DNA from: a virus
Taxonomy: Duplodnaviria > Caudoviricetes
Virus record (IMG/VR): IMGVR_UViG_3300035204_002039
Span: 1 to 38,508 of that record
Length of the DNA stretch: 38,508 bases
Reading direction: 5' to 3' (one strand)
Positions 30,773-38,508 of the stretch are shown piece by piece (the first letter of the stretch is position 1; every line of letters starts with the position of its first letter). The position numbers and the translations under genes are program-made. Under the pieces are notes generated by a model. It worked only from the letters and a program-made list of their open reading frames with translations, did no database searches and was not told where the DNA came from.

Positions 30773-32193
30773 TGGCTCATTTAGGACAAATCGATAGAAG
30801 ATTTCCAGGACAAGTGGTTTTCACACGATATGTTACAGAAAATGCTGACTGGAAAAAATTGAAGCTGAGAATAGAAAATGGTCAGGTTGCCGAAATGTTT
30901 CAAGAAACTAATAATGAATTAGACAGTATGAACGTTACTATTCAACCAAGAACAGAAATAAAATTGCTTTCAGAGAAATATAAGGAATTTGAAAAAAGAA
31001 AATATGCTAACATTGAATATCAGAGAAAAAAAGGATATATATTAATTTCAAAAATAAGAAAACCTACAGATAATCTTAATGCAGAAAGACCACAAAAATT
31101 ACAAATATTAGCAGAAGATTTTACAGAAAAAGGTAATAATGAAAAAATAACAGTACTTTCTAAAAAAGATGTTCCAGTAAAATTATTTAATACTTATGAT
31201 GATTTAAAAAAAAGTATTGTTTGGGGTTTAGATAATAAAATTAGTAATAATGATTATCTTATAGAAAAAATAAAAGCATATTTGGATAAAGATGATTTAT
31301 CTGAGATTGATTTGAATGGTATTGATGACAGTCATATTGATGAATTGGGTGTATATTTTGGTGAAATTTTAATAGGAATATTAGCATTTAAAAATCAGTT
31401 ATCAGATACTTGTACTCCTTCTGATATGTTTGGAATTAATTTGAAATCTTTTAGTATACCGACTGATCCTGCATTTAAACTTGTTGATAGTAGTTTGATG
31501 TTTGATTCAACTACTGTTAGCATATCGAGTAAATATGATAAGGGCTCCGCCGCATCATTTATGTCGAATGTTCTTCCTTATGGAATGAAATATTATACTG
31601 GTTATAAAGATTGTTTTTTTAAAAAAATGTGTCGCATCGCATCTAATATGGGATATACATCAGAACAAGTAGGAGCAAGTAGATTTAAATATTCAAAAAA
31701 TATAACATTTGAAGTAGGATTAAGAGCAGTATTAAAATTAAAAAAATCAGTTGTAAAAAATTCAAATCATTCTATTTATGAAAGCATTCGAAAAGTCGCA
31801 ATGAATCAGACTCTTTCTCCAAAAGAAAATCAAGAAATTGATGATGTAATAGTAGCAATAGAAGATTATTTTATAAAGAGAAAAACTTTCGATGGTAGAG
31901 AACAAGTTATACAAACAATAAGAAATAACTATCCTTTTACAATTACTTCTTTTTTTAATTATTCTGTGGCGAGTATATTAAATAATGATCGTACATCAAG
32001 AAAATATGTTCACGAAATAATCGGTGGTAAAGATTTCTATCAAGCAAATTTAAATAAATCTAAATGGAGAAAAGGTATTATTGATATAAGAATGGTTTCT
32101 CCTAAATCTGCTACATTAAAAATATTAGGATCAATGTCAGGCGCTACAGATTTTACTGCAAAACAAGGTTTAGTAAATTACGAGTTAAAATAA
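30772..32193 (+). CDS. 473-aa basic hypothetical protein, possible PD-(D/E)xK-fold nuclease
   Basis: GTG start overlaps the gp16 stop and its own stop overlaps the gp17 start. Lys-rich. Contains FGEILIG...P.DPAFKLVDS..13 aa..ISSK, a restriction-endonuclease-like E...D...SxK arrangement. Confidence 0.5.
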   Translation: MAHLGQIDRRFPGQVVFTRYVTENADWKKLKLRIENGQVAEMFQETNNELDSMNVTIQPRTEIKLLSEKYKEFEKRKYANIEYQRKKGYILISKIRKPTDNLNAERPQKLQILAEDFTEKGNNEKITVLSKKDVPVKLFNTYDDLKKSIVWGLDNKISNNDYLIEKIKAYLDKDDLSEIDLNGIDDSHIDELGVYFGEILIGILAFKNQLSDTCTPSDMFGINLKSFSIPTDPAFKLVDSSLMFDSTTVSISSKYDKGSAASFMSNVLPYGMKYYTGYKDCFFKKMCRIASNMGYTSEQVGASRFKYSKNITFEVGLRAVLKLKKSVVKNSNHSIYESIRKVAMNQTLSPKENQEIDDVIVAIEDYFIKRKTFDGREQVIQTIRNNYPFTITSFFNYSVASILNNDRTSRKYVHEIIGGKDFYQANLNKSKWRKGIIDIRMVSPKSATLKILGSMSGATDFTAKQGLVNYELK

Positions 32194-33836
32194 TGGCCAG
32201 AGATACTTACGCAGGGAATCCTCTTCTTAAAGGGGCATATCAACCACTAGAATATGATAAAGAAACTTTGGAAGAATATATTAGATGTTCTAAAGATCCA
32301 ATATATTTTGCAAAAACATATATGAAAATTGTTCATGTAGATCATGGTTTAATGCCTTTTGATTTATATGATTATCAAGAAGAGATGGTTGATACATTTC
32401 ATAATAATCGTTTTGTTATTTGTAAGATGCCCAGACAAACTGGAAAATCAACAACGATTTGTGCTTATCTATTACACTTTGCTCTTTTTAATGAACAATC
32501 TAATATTGCTATATTAGCAAATAAGGGTTCTACTTCAAGAGAAATTCTTCAAAGATTGAAAACTGCATATGAACATTTGCCAAAATGGTTACAACAAGGT
32601 GTAGTTGTTTGGAATAGAGGTAATATTGAATTAGAAAATGGTAGTAAAATTATATCTGCTTCAACTTCTTCTTCTGCGGTTCGTGGATCATCTTTTAATA
32701 TTATTTTCATGGATGAGTTTGCACATATTGATCCACCAAGTTTAGCAGAAGATTTCTTTACTTCTGTATATCCTACTATTTCTTCTGGTAGTACTACTAA
32801 AGTTTTTATTGTTTCAACTCCAAAAGGATTGAACATGTTTTACAAAATGTGGATTGATGCTGAAGAGAAAAGAAGTGATTATGTTCCAATAGAAGTACAT
32901 TGGTCTCAGACACCAGGAAGAGATCAAAAATGGAGAGAAGAAACGATAAGAAATACGAGTGAATTACAATTTTCACAAGAATATGAATGTGATTTTATTG
33001 GATCACAAAATACATTAATATCAGCGGCAAAACTTAGAACTATGCCTTATAAACCACCTATTACAACGAAAGAGTTCTTAGATGTTTATGTTGATCCAAA
33101 TCCTAAACATTCATATGTGTGTATAGTTGATGTTGCACGAGGAAGAGGACAAGATTTTTCTGCATTTTCAATCATAGATGTTTCTCAATTTCCATATGAA
33201 CAAGTTGCAAAATACAGAGATCCAAATATTTCACCTATGTTATTGCCAAATGTTGTTGATAATGTGTGTAGATATTATAATTCTGCTTATGTTTTAGTTG
33301 AAATAAATGATATTGGTGGTCAAGTAGCGGATATTTTACATCACGATTTAGAGTATCCTAATATTTTTCAAACGAGTGTTTTGGGTAGATCGGGACAAAC
33401 CTTAGGAGGAGGATTCGGAAAAAGTTCACAATTAGGAATTAGAACTACAAAAGAAGTTAAAAGAAAAGGGTGTTCTAGTTGTAAAGATTTAATAGAAGGA
33501 GATAAATTACTTGTTTGGGATTTAGATACTATTACTGAAATGACAACATATATTGCTAAAGGATCGAGTTACGAAGCAGAAGAAGGTTATCATGATGACT
33601 TGATGACAACTTTAATTTTGTTTGGTTGGTTAGTAAATCAAAAATATTTTACAGAAATTACTGATTTAGATTTACGTGAAAAAATGTTTAAAGAGCAATT
33701 AGAAGAAGCAGAAGCACAATTAATTCCTTTTGGGTTTATAAATGATGGAAGAGACTCTTATGAACCAGAAACCGTAGAAATGGGTGGTGAAAAATGGATA
33801 GTAGATAAAAAATATTCTACTGAATATCTACATTAA
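32193..33836 (+). CDS. gp17: Terminase large subunit gp17
   Basis: Adenine-binding LYDYQ, Walker A PRQTGKST, Walker B IIFMDEF, motif III VSTPKG, and nuclease motifs DVARGRGQDFS and HDDLM. Confidence 0.97.
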   Translation: MARDTYAGNPLLKGAYQPLEYDKETLEEYIRCSKDPIYFAKTYMKIVHVDHGLMPFDLYDYQEEMVDTFHNNRFVICKMPRQTGKSTTICAYLLHFALFNEQSNIAILANKGSTSREILQRLKTAYEHLPKWLQQGVVVWNRGNIELENGSKIISASTSSSAVRGSSFNIIFMDEFAHIDPPSLAEDFFTSVYPTISSGSTTKVFIVSTPKGLNMFYKMWIDAEEKRSDYVPIEVHWSQTPGRDQKWREETIRNTSELQFSQEYECDFIGSQNTLISAAKLRTMPYKPPITTKEFLDVYVDPNPKHSYVCIVDVARGRGQDFSAFSIIDVSQFPYEQVAKYRDPNISPMLLPNVVDNVCRYYNSAYVLVEINDIGGQVADILHHDLEYPNIFQTSVLGRSGQTLGGGFGKSSQLGIRTTKEVKRKGCSSCKDLIEGDKLLVWDLDTITEMTTYIAKGSSYEAEEGYHDDLMTTLILFGWLVNQKYFTEITDLDLREKMFKEQLEEAEAQLIPFGFINDGRDSYEPETVEMGGEKWIVDKKYSTEYLH

Positions 33837-34239
33837 TGCGATGAATATTTTGGGGTTTTTTTATTTGTTCTGTTAGTTTATTTATATCGTGCTTTAAATC
33901 TGGTCTTATTTTTTTTAATTTATTTAAATATCTTATAGATTCATTAAATATCATTTCAGGATTAATTCTTAATTCGTAAAATTTATTTCTCGTTTCACTT
34001 TTTGTAGTTAAATATAAATGCTCTGGTTTTACGCAATATGTATTATTACATGATTGATGAACTATTTTATTCTGTTTAATAGTTCCTTTATAAGCAATAT
34101 ATGCAAATCTATGGGCGGGAATTGATTTTCCATCATATGAAAACATACCATATCCCTGCTTTGTTTTACTTGCAGTCCAAAACCAACAATCATTTGTTTT
34201 TAAAATTTTCTTTTCAAATCTTTCAATAGCCTTCTCCAT
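33817..34239 (-). CDS. HNH-family (His-Me finger) protein with degenerate catalytic residues
   Basis: CWFWTAS..QGYGMF...AHRFAY...IVHQSCNNTYCVKPEHL. Has its own late promoter. Confidence 0.85.
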   Translation of the reverse strand: MEKAIERFEKKILKTNDCWFWTASKTKQGYGMFSYDGKSIPAHRFAYIAYKGTIKQNKIVHQSCNNTYCVKPEHLYLTTKSETRNKFYELRINPEMIFNESIRYLNKLKKIRPDLKHDINKLTEQIKKPQNIHRINVDIQ

Positions 34240-34244
34240 CTTAT

Positions 34245-34252
34245 TATTTATA
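34245..34252 (-). promoter_or_regulatory. T4-type late promoter driving the HNH-like gene
   Basis: tatttata on + reads TATAAATA on -, 5 nt before the ATG at 34239. Confidence 0.85.
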
Positions 34253-34289
34253 TTACAATAAATAAAAACACCTCTAAAATTAGCTAAAA

Positions 34290-34297
34290 TATAAATA
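34290..34297 (+). promoter_or_regulatory. T4-type late promoter for gp18-gp19
   Basis: Intergenic TATAAATA, followed by a leader with an AGGGAG SD before ATG 34341. Confidence 0.85.
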
Positions 34298-34340
34298 TAT
34301 TGGAGAGCAATTTATTTAAAATATTTTAGGGAGAGATAAT

Positions 34341-36668
34341 ATGGCCTTTCAAGTTAGTCCAGGAGTAGCCGTAGCAGAAATCGATTTAACTACTAGAGTA
34401 CCCATTCCTTCTATTTCAGATGGTGCTATAGCTGGTAATTTAACATGGGGACCCTTGGAGGTTGCTACATTAGTTACTGCAGAAGATCAATTAGTTTCTA
34501 TATTCGGTAAACCAAATGCAAATACATATAAAACATTTTTTAGTGCCGCAAATTTTTTAAGTTATTCTAACAAATTAAGAGTTGTTAGAGCGGCAAATAC
34601 ATCAACTGCAAAAAATGCAGTATCTGGTGGTACCGCAATATTGATTCGAAACGATAAAGAGTATCAAAATACTTACGAATCTACAACAACTTCAGGAACA
34701 AGTTTTACAGCAAAATATCCTGGTACACTTGGAAATTCAATGAGACTTTCTATTTGTCAAGCAGATAGGGCAAATACAAAAGTTAATGAAACTGATGGTA
34801 CTGTTTCTGTTGCGGGTGATAGTAGTGTTTTACTCACAGGAACAGTTGCAAATAGTGATACTGGAGCGGGTATTACAGGAACAGGTACATTATTTGATGT
34901 AGAATTAAGAGTTGGAGATGTTGTTGTAGAAAGTGGTAGTAATTCTAATGTAGGAATAGTAACAGCAATTACTTCTAATACTGTAGCAACAATTACAACA
35001 GGTGCAGGAGGAGCAGAAACCACAGGAATAACAGGAGAAGATGGTGGTGGTGTACAACTTGTAAGGAAAAAACGATCCGCTTTTGAAGAACCAGCAGAAA
35101 ATATGATTGGTAGTATTTCTGCTTCCGCAGGAGGAACTACAATTACAGGAACTAATTCTGCTTTTACCCGACAAATTCATGTAGGAGATATCATTTCATG
35201 TTATGATGATGTGGATAAAAAACATGAAGTTTCACGAAGAGTAACCGCTATTACTAACTCAACATCAATGACTGTTGCTACTGCCTTTGACAGAGTTATA
35301 ACCTCTCAAGCTATTTGGCACAGGAAATGGGAATATCGTGATTCTTTTGGAACTGCCCCACTTACTAGTCCATATGCTTGGAAAGAAACTGGATCAAAAG
35401 ATGTTGGAGATGAAATTCATGTTATATTAGTAGATGAAGATGGAGATATTTTAGGAGCAAAAGATAGTAGAGGGGCAAAAACTTCTTCAAATAAACAAGT
35501 TATTGAAGCATATTCAAAAGTATCAGTAGCGAATGGTGCTGTAGGAGATACAGGAGATACTTTATATTATAAAGAAGCAATAAACAATGATTCTAATTAT
35601 ATTAGATGGACAGATCATGATGCAATGGGAGATTCGCCTCTAGATGCTTCATCTGGTAAAATTACTTATGATTGGGGAGCTACCCTCGATAAGGGAAATA
35701 CTGATGCTAGATTTGCTGGAGCTTTTAGTGGAGCAGGCGCAAATGGAATTATGACTGCCAGTTTATCAGGAGGAGTTGATGGATATAGTTCTTCAGCTTC
35801 AGATGAAATTACTGCTTATAGTTATTTTAGAGATCCCGCAAAAATAGATGTTTCTCTATTAATTTCGGGAGAAGCATCAAATACCTTAGCTACGTATTTG
35901 ATTAATGAAATAGCAGAAACTAGAAAAGATTGCGTTGTGTTTATTTCTCCTGAAGAAGCAGATGTTGTTAATACAGAGGGAAATGAAATAACAAATGTAG
36001 TTGCTAGAAGGAATGCATTACCAAGTACAAGTTATGCTGTTATGGATGGAAGCTATAAATATATGTTTGACAGATATAATTCTGTTTATAGATGGGTTCC
36101 AATGAATGGTGATGTTGCTGGAATTTGTGCCCAAGCAGATAATGTTAATCCTTATATTTCTCCAGCAGGATTTACAAGAGGAAACATAAAAGGCGCAGAA
36201 TTTATAGCATATGTTCCAAATAATTCTGAAAGAGATGATTTGTATATAAATGGGATTAATCCAATAGCATCATTTCCTGGAAAAGGAAAAGTTTTATTTG
36301 GTGATAAAACATTGTTAGCAAGACCATCATCTTTTGATAGAATTAATGTACGTAGACTTTTTATTATTTTAGAGAAAGCAATAGCAAATGCGGCTGAAAA
36401 TTTATTGTTTGAATTTAATGATGAATTTACACGATTAAATTTTATTTCTATAATAGAACCCTTTTTGAGAGAAGTTCAATCATCGAGAGGTATAGAAAGT
36501 TTTAAAGTCATATGTGATGGTTCAAATAATACGCCTGCTGTTATAAATAGAAATGAGTTTAGAGGAGATATTTTCATTAAACCCACTAAATCCATTAATT
36601 TCATTGGATTAAACTTTGTAGCAGTTGCTTCCGGAGTTGAATTTTCTGAAGTCGTTAACGCAATTTAA
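34341..36668 (+). CDS. gp18: Tail sheath protein gp18
   Basis: MAFQVSPGV...EID, WGP, FSAANFLSY, AKYPG.LGN, RKDCVVFISP, YRWVPMNGDVAG, FDRINVRRLF and IKPTKSINFI.LNFVA. Confidence 0.97.
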   Translation: MAFQVSPGVAVAEIDLTTRVPIPSISDGAIAGNLTWGPLEVATLVTAEDQLVSIFGKPNANTYKTFFSAANFLSYSNKLRVVRAANTSTAKNAVSGGTAILIRNDKEYQNTYESTTTSGTSFTAKYPGTLGNSMRLSICQADRANTKVNETDGTVSVAGDSSVLLTGTVANSDTGAGITGTGTLFDVELRVGDVVVESGSNSNVGIVTAITSNTVATITTGAGGAETTGITGEDGGGVQLVRKKRSAFEEPAENMIGSISASAGGTTITGTNSAFTRQIHVGDIISCYDDVDKKHEVSRRVTAITNSTSMTVATAFDRVITSQAIWHRKWEYRDSFGTAPLTSPYAWKETGSKDVGDEIHVILVDEDGDILGAKDSRGAKTSSNKQVIEAYSKVSVANGAVGDTGDTLYYKEAINNDSNYIRWTDHDAMGDSPLDASSGKITYDWGATLDKGNTDARFAGAFSGAGANGIMTASLSGGVDGYSSSASDEITAYSYFRDPAKIDVSLLISGEASNTLATYLINEIAETRKDCVVFISPEEADVVNTEGNEITNVVARRNALPSTSYAVMDGSYKYMFDRYNSVYRWVPMNGDVAGICAQADNVNPYISPAGFTRGNIKGAEFIAYVPNNSERDDLYINGINPIASFPGKGKVLFGDKTLLARPSSFDRINVRRLFIILEKAIANAAENLLFEFNDEFTRLNFISIIEPFLREVQSSRGIESFKVICDGSNNTPAVINRNEFRGDIFIKPTKSINFIGLNFVAVASGVEFSEVVNAI

Positions 36669-36684
36669 ATTAGGAGAAAAGTAA

Positions 36685-37272
36685 ATGGCATTCAATATAC
36701 AAAATTTTAGAGAGGCAATGCAATATGATGGGCAAAGACCTAATTTATTTAGAGTAACTATGCCCACCAAGACCAGTCTTTTTAATGGAAATGATTTGCA
36801 ATTATTTGCTAAAGCAACATCAATACCTGGTGCTACAATTGGAACAGTTATAGTTCCTTATTTTGGGAGAGAAGTTAAACTTGCAGGAAATAGAACTTTT
36901 CCAGAATGGACAGTAACAGTTATTAATGATGAAACTTTTGCAGTAAGAACACAATTTGAAAATTGGATGGATTATATAAACTCACATGCTACAAATACTA
37001 GAAAAGCTGGTTCGGGTCAAGGAGATTATGTATCTACAGCAACGGTTGAGCAGTTTAGTAAAAAAGGTCCTGCTTCAGCAATTACAGCAAGTTATTCATT
37101 TGTAAACATGTTTCCAACTGATCTTTCAGAAATTACTTTAGATTGGGGAGATAATGATACTGTTGAAGAATATACTGTAACTTTTTCATATGATTATTGG
37201 CTTCGAGAAACTAAATCTGCGGCTCCGGCTACTTATAGTGCCCAAGCGGCGGATATCATTGATACTGCCTGA
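36685..37272 (+). CDS. gp19: Tail tube protein gp19
   Basis: RPNLFRV, VPYFGREVKLAGNRTFPEWTVTVINDE, FPTDLSEITLDW and EEYTVTFSYDYW. AGGAG SD. Confidence 0.96.
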   Translation: MAFNIQNFREAMQYDGQRPNLFRVTMPTKTSLFNGNDLQLFAKATSIPGATIGTVIVPYFGREVKLAGNRTFPEWTVTVINDETFAVRTQFENWMDYINSHATNTRKAGSGQGDYVSTATVEQFSKKGPASAITASYSFVNMFPTDLSEITLDWGDNDTVEEYTVTFSYDYWLRETKSAAPATYSAQAADIIDTA

Positions 37273-37324
37273 TAGTGGCGTTGGTACAGGATAAAATTTT
37301 CAAAAAAACTTAATTTTCTGATTT

Positions 37325-37378
37325 TGCGAGTGAATAAATATAAATTAGTACAGTACTATTATAATTATTTAACTCGCA
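37325..37378. repeat. Imperfect inverted repeat/hairpin upstream of gp20, containing the AATAAATA late-promoter-like box
   Basis: TGCGAGT (37325-31) pairs with ACTCGCA (37372-78). The centre is TAGTAC-A-GTACTA (37346-58). AATAAATA lies at 37333-40. Confidence 0.7.
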
Positions 37379-37391
37379 TTCAGGAAATTAC

Positions 37392-38507
37392 ATGCCTATT
37401 GAACTATTCGGTTTTTCAATCGGAAAAAAAGAACAAAAGAACGTAAAGGTTCAGACTTTTGCGGAAGCAGAATATGAAGATGGAGCATTGTCCGTAGCAT
37501 CAGGTGGTGTTTATGGAACATATGTTGATACAGAAGGTGCTATAAAAAGCGAGTCTGAATTGATAAACAGATATCGTGATATGGGTCTTCAAGCAGAAGT
37601 AGAAAACGCTATTGATGATATAGTTAATGAAGCAATTGTATCATCAAAAGACAAACCAGTTGTAAGAATTAATGTAGATAATTTAAATGTCTCTGAACCC
37701 ATTAGAGACAAAATAAGACTAGAATTTAAGAGTATAAGTAAACTTTTAGATTTACAGAATTTGGGGTCTGATGTTTTCAAAAGATGGTACATTGATGGTA
37801 GAGTATACTATCATGTTATCGTTGATGAGAATAATTTAGAAAAAGGTATTCATGAATTAAGAATATTAGATCCTAGAAAAATAAAGAAAATACGTGAAAA
37901 GAAAAAAGAAAAACAACCCAATGGTAAAACAAAAACCACTGTTTTGGAATATTATGTTTATAATCAAAAGGGAATTTATCAATCACAAGGACAAGTAATC
38001 GGAACTGCTTTTACAAGTGCCGCCAGTGGTTTAAAGATATCTCCCGATTCGATTGTATATACACATTCGGGACTAATGAATGCTACACGTTCATTAGTTT
38101 TATCCTACCTACACAAAGCAATCAAACCATTAAATCAATTAAGAATGATAGAAGATTCTCTGGTAATTTATCGTATTTCACGGGCTCCAGAAAGAAGAAT
38201 TTTTTATGTTGATGTTGGTAATTTACCAAAATTAAAAGCAGAACAATACATGCGTGATTTAATGACACGATACAAAAATAAACTTGTATATGATGCAAAC
38301 ACCGGTGAAGTTAGAGATGATAGAAAACATATGTCAATGCTTGAAGATTATTGGATGCCAAGAAGAGAAGGTGGAAGAGGAACAGAAATTTCTACCCTAC
38401 CCGGTGGTTCAAATCTTGGAGATATTGAAGATGTATTATATTTTCAGAAAAAACTTTACAAATCACTAGGTGTTCCTATTTCAAGACTTGAATCAGAAGC
38501 AAATTAT
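37392..38507 (+). CDS. gp20: Portal protein gp20, 3'-truncated (absent from the ORF track)
   Basis: Reads MPIELFGFSIGKK..., ELINRYRDM, EVENAIDDIVNE, RWYIDGR, SYLHKAIKPLNQLRMIEDSLVIYRISRAPERRIFYVDVGNLPK and EDYWMPRREGGRGTEI. The frame is open to the window end. Confidence 0.97.
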   Translation, partial: MPIELFGFSIGKKEQKNVKVQTFAEAEYEDGALSVASGGVYGTYVDTEGAIKSESELINRYRDMGLQAEVENAIDDIVNEAIVSSKDKPVVRINVDNLNVSEPIRDKIRLEFKSISKLLDLQNLGSDVFKRWYIDGRVYYHVIVDENNLEKGIHELRILDPRKIKKIREKKKEKQPNGKTKTTVLEYYVYNQKGIYQSQGQVIGTAFTSAASGLKISPDSIVYTHSGLMNATRSLVLSYLHKAIKPLNQLRMIEDSLVIYRISRAPERRIFYVDVGNLPKLKAEQYMRDLMTRYKNKLVYDANTGEVRDDRKHMSMLEDYWMPRREGGRGTEISTLPGGSNLGDIEDVLYFQKKLYKSLGVPISRLESEANY

Positions 38508-38508
38508 A

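Noticed and set aside
37273-37324. Possible rho-independent terminator after gp19
   Set aside because: Only a weak AT-rich imperfect stem (CAGGATAAAATT...AATTTTCTG), with no convincing GC stem plus U-tract.
683-38469. Many short (60-143 aa) antisense or off-frame ORFs in the track, e.g. 1701-2084, 17249-17566, 25463-25894, 34757-35180, 37589-37792, 38284-38469
   Set aside because: They lie within or across real structural genes and have no motifs, SD or promoter. They are shadows of the sense-strand codon pattern.
1-38508. Stop-codon reassignment (alternative genetic code)
   Set aside because: Core genes are full-length under the standard code, and TAA, TGA and TAG all end genes at the expected positions.
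1-38508. CRISPR arrays, tRNAs, DGR template/variable repeats, introns or inteins (e.g. in gp17, gp20)
   Set aside because: Coding density leaves almost no intergenic space. I saw no long nucleotide repeats. gp17 has normal length with contiguous motifs.

Overview
AT-rich window from a T4-like myovirus (gene content and order resemble marine T4-like/Kyanoviridae-type phages). It carries the virion morphogenesis module, almost all on the + strand: partial hub gene, gp5, four uncharacterised genes, gp25, gp6, gp7, gp8, a VrlC/DUF4815-like giant protein, a small coiled-coil protein, a fibre, gp13, gp14, gp15, gp16, an unknown nuclease-like gene, gp17, gp18, gp19 and partial gp20. Two small genes lie on the - strand, each with its own late promoter. 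The most notable signals are: (1) apparently strict avoidance of GCWGC, since every Ala-Ala pair I found uses GCS-GC; (2) four TATAAATA late promoters exactly 5 nt from an ATG with no SD, which predicts leaderless late mRNAs; (3) a PD-(D/E)xK-like gene inserted between TerS and TerL; (4) a degenerate HNH gene; (5) a large spike-associated cassette with a helical protein and an Ig-like protein where PAAR would normally be; (6) small beta modules reused across many virion proteins; (7) a hairpin covering the portal promoter. All calls come from motif recognition and synteny; no searches were run.
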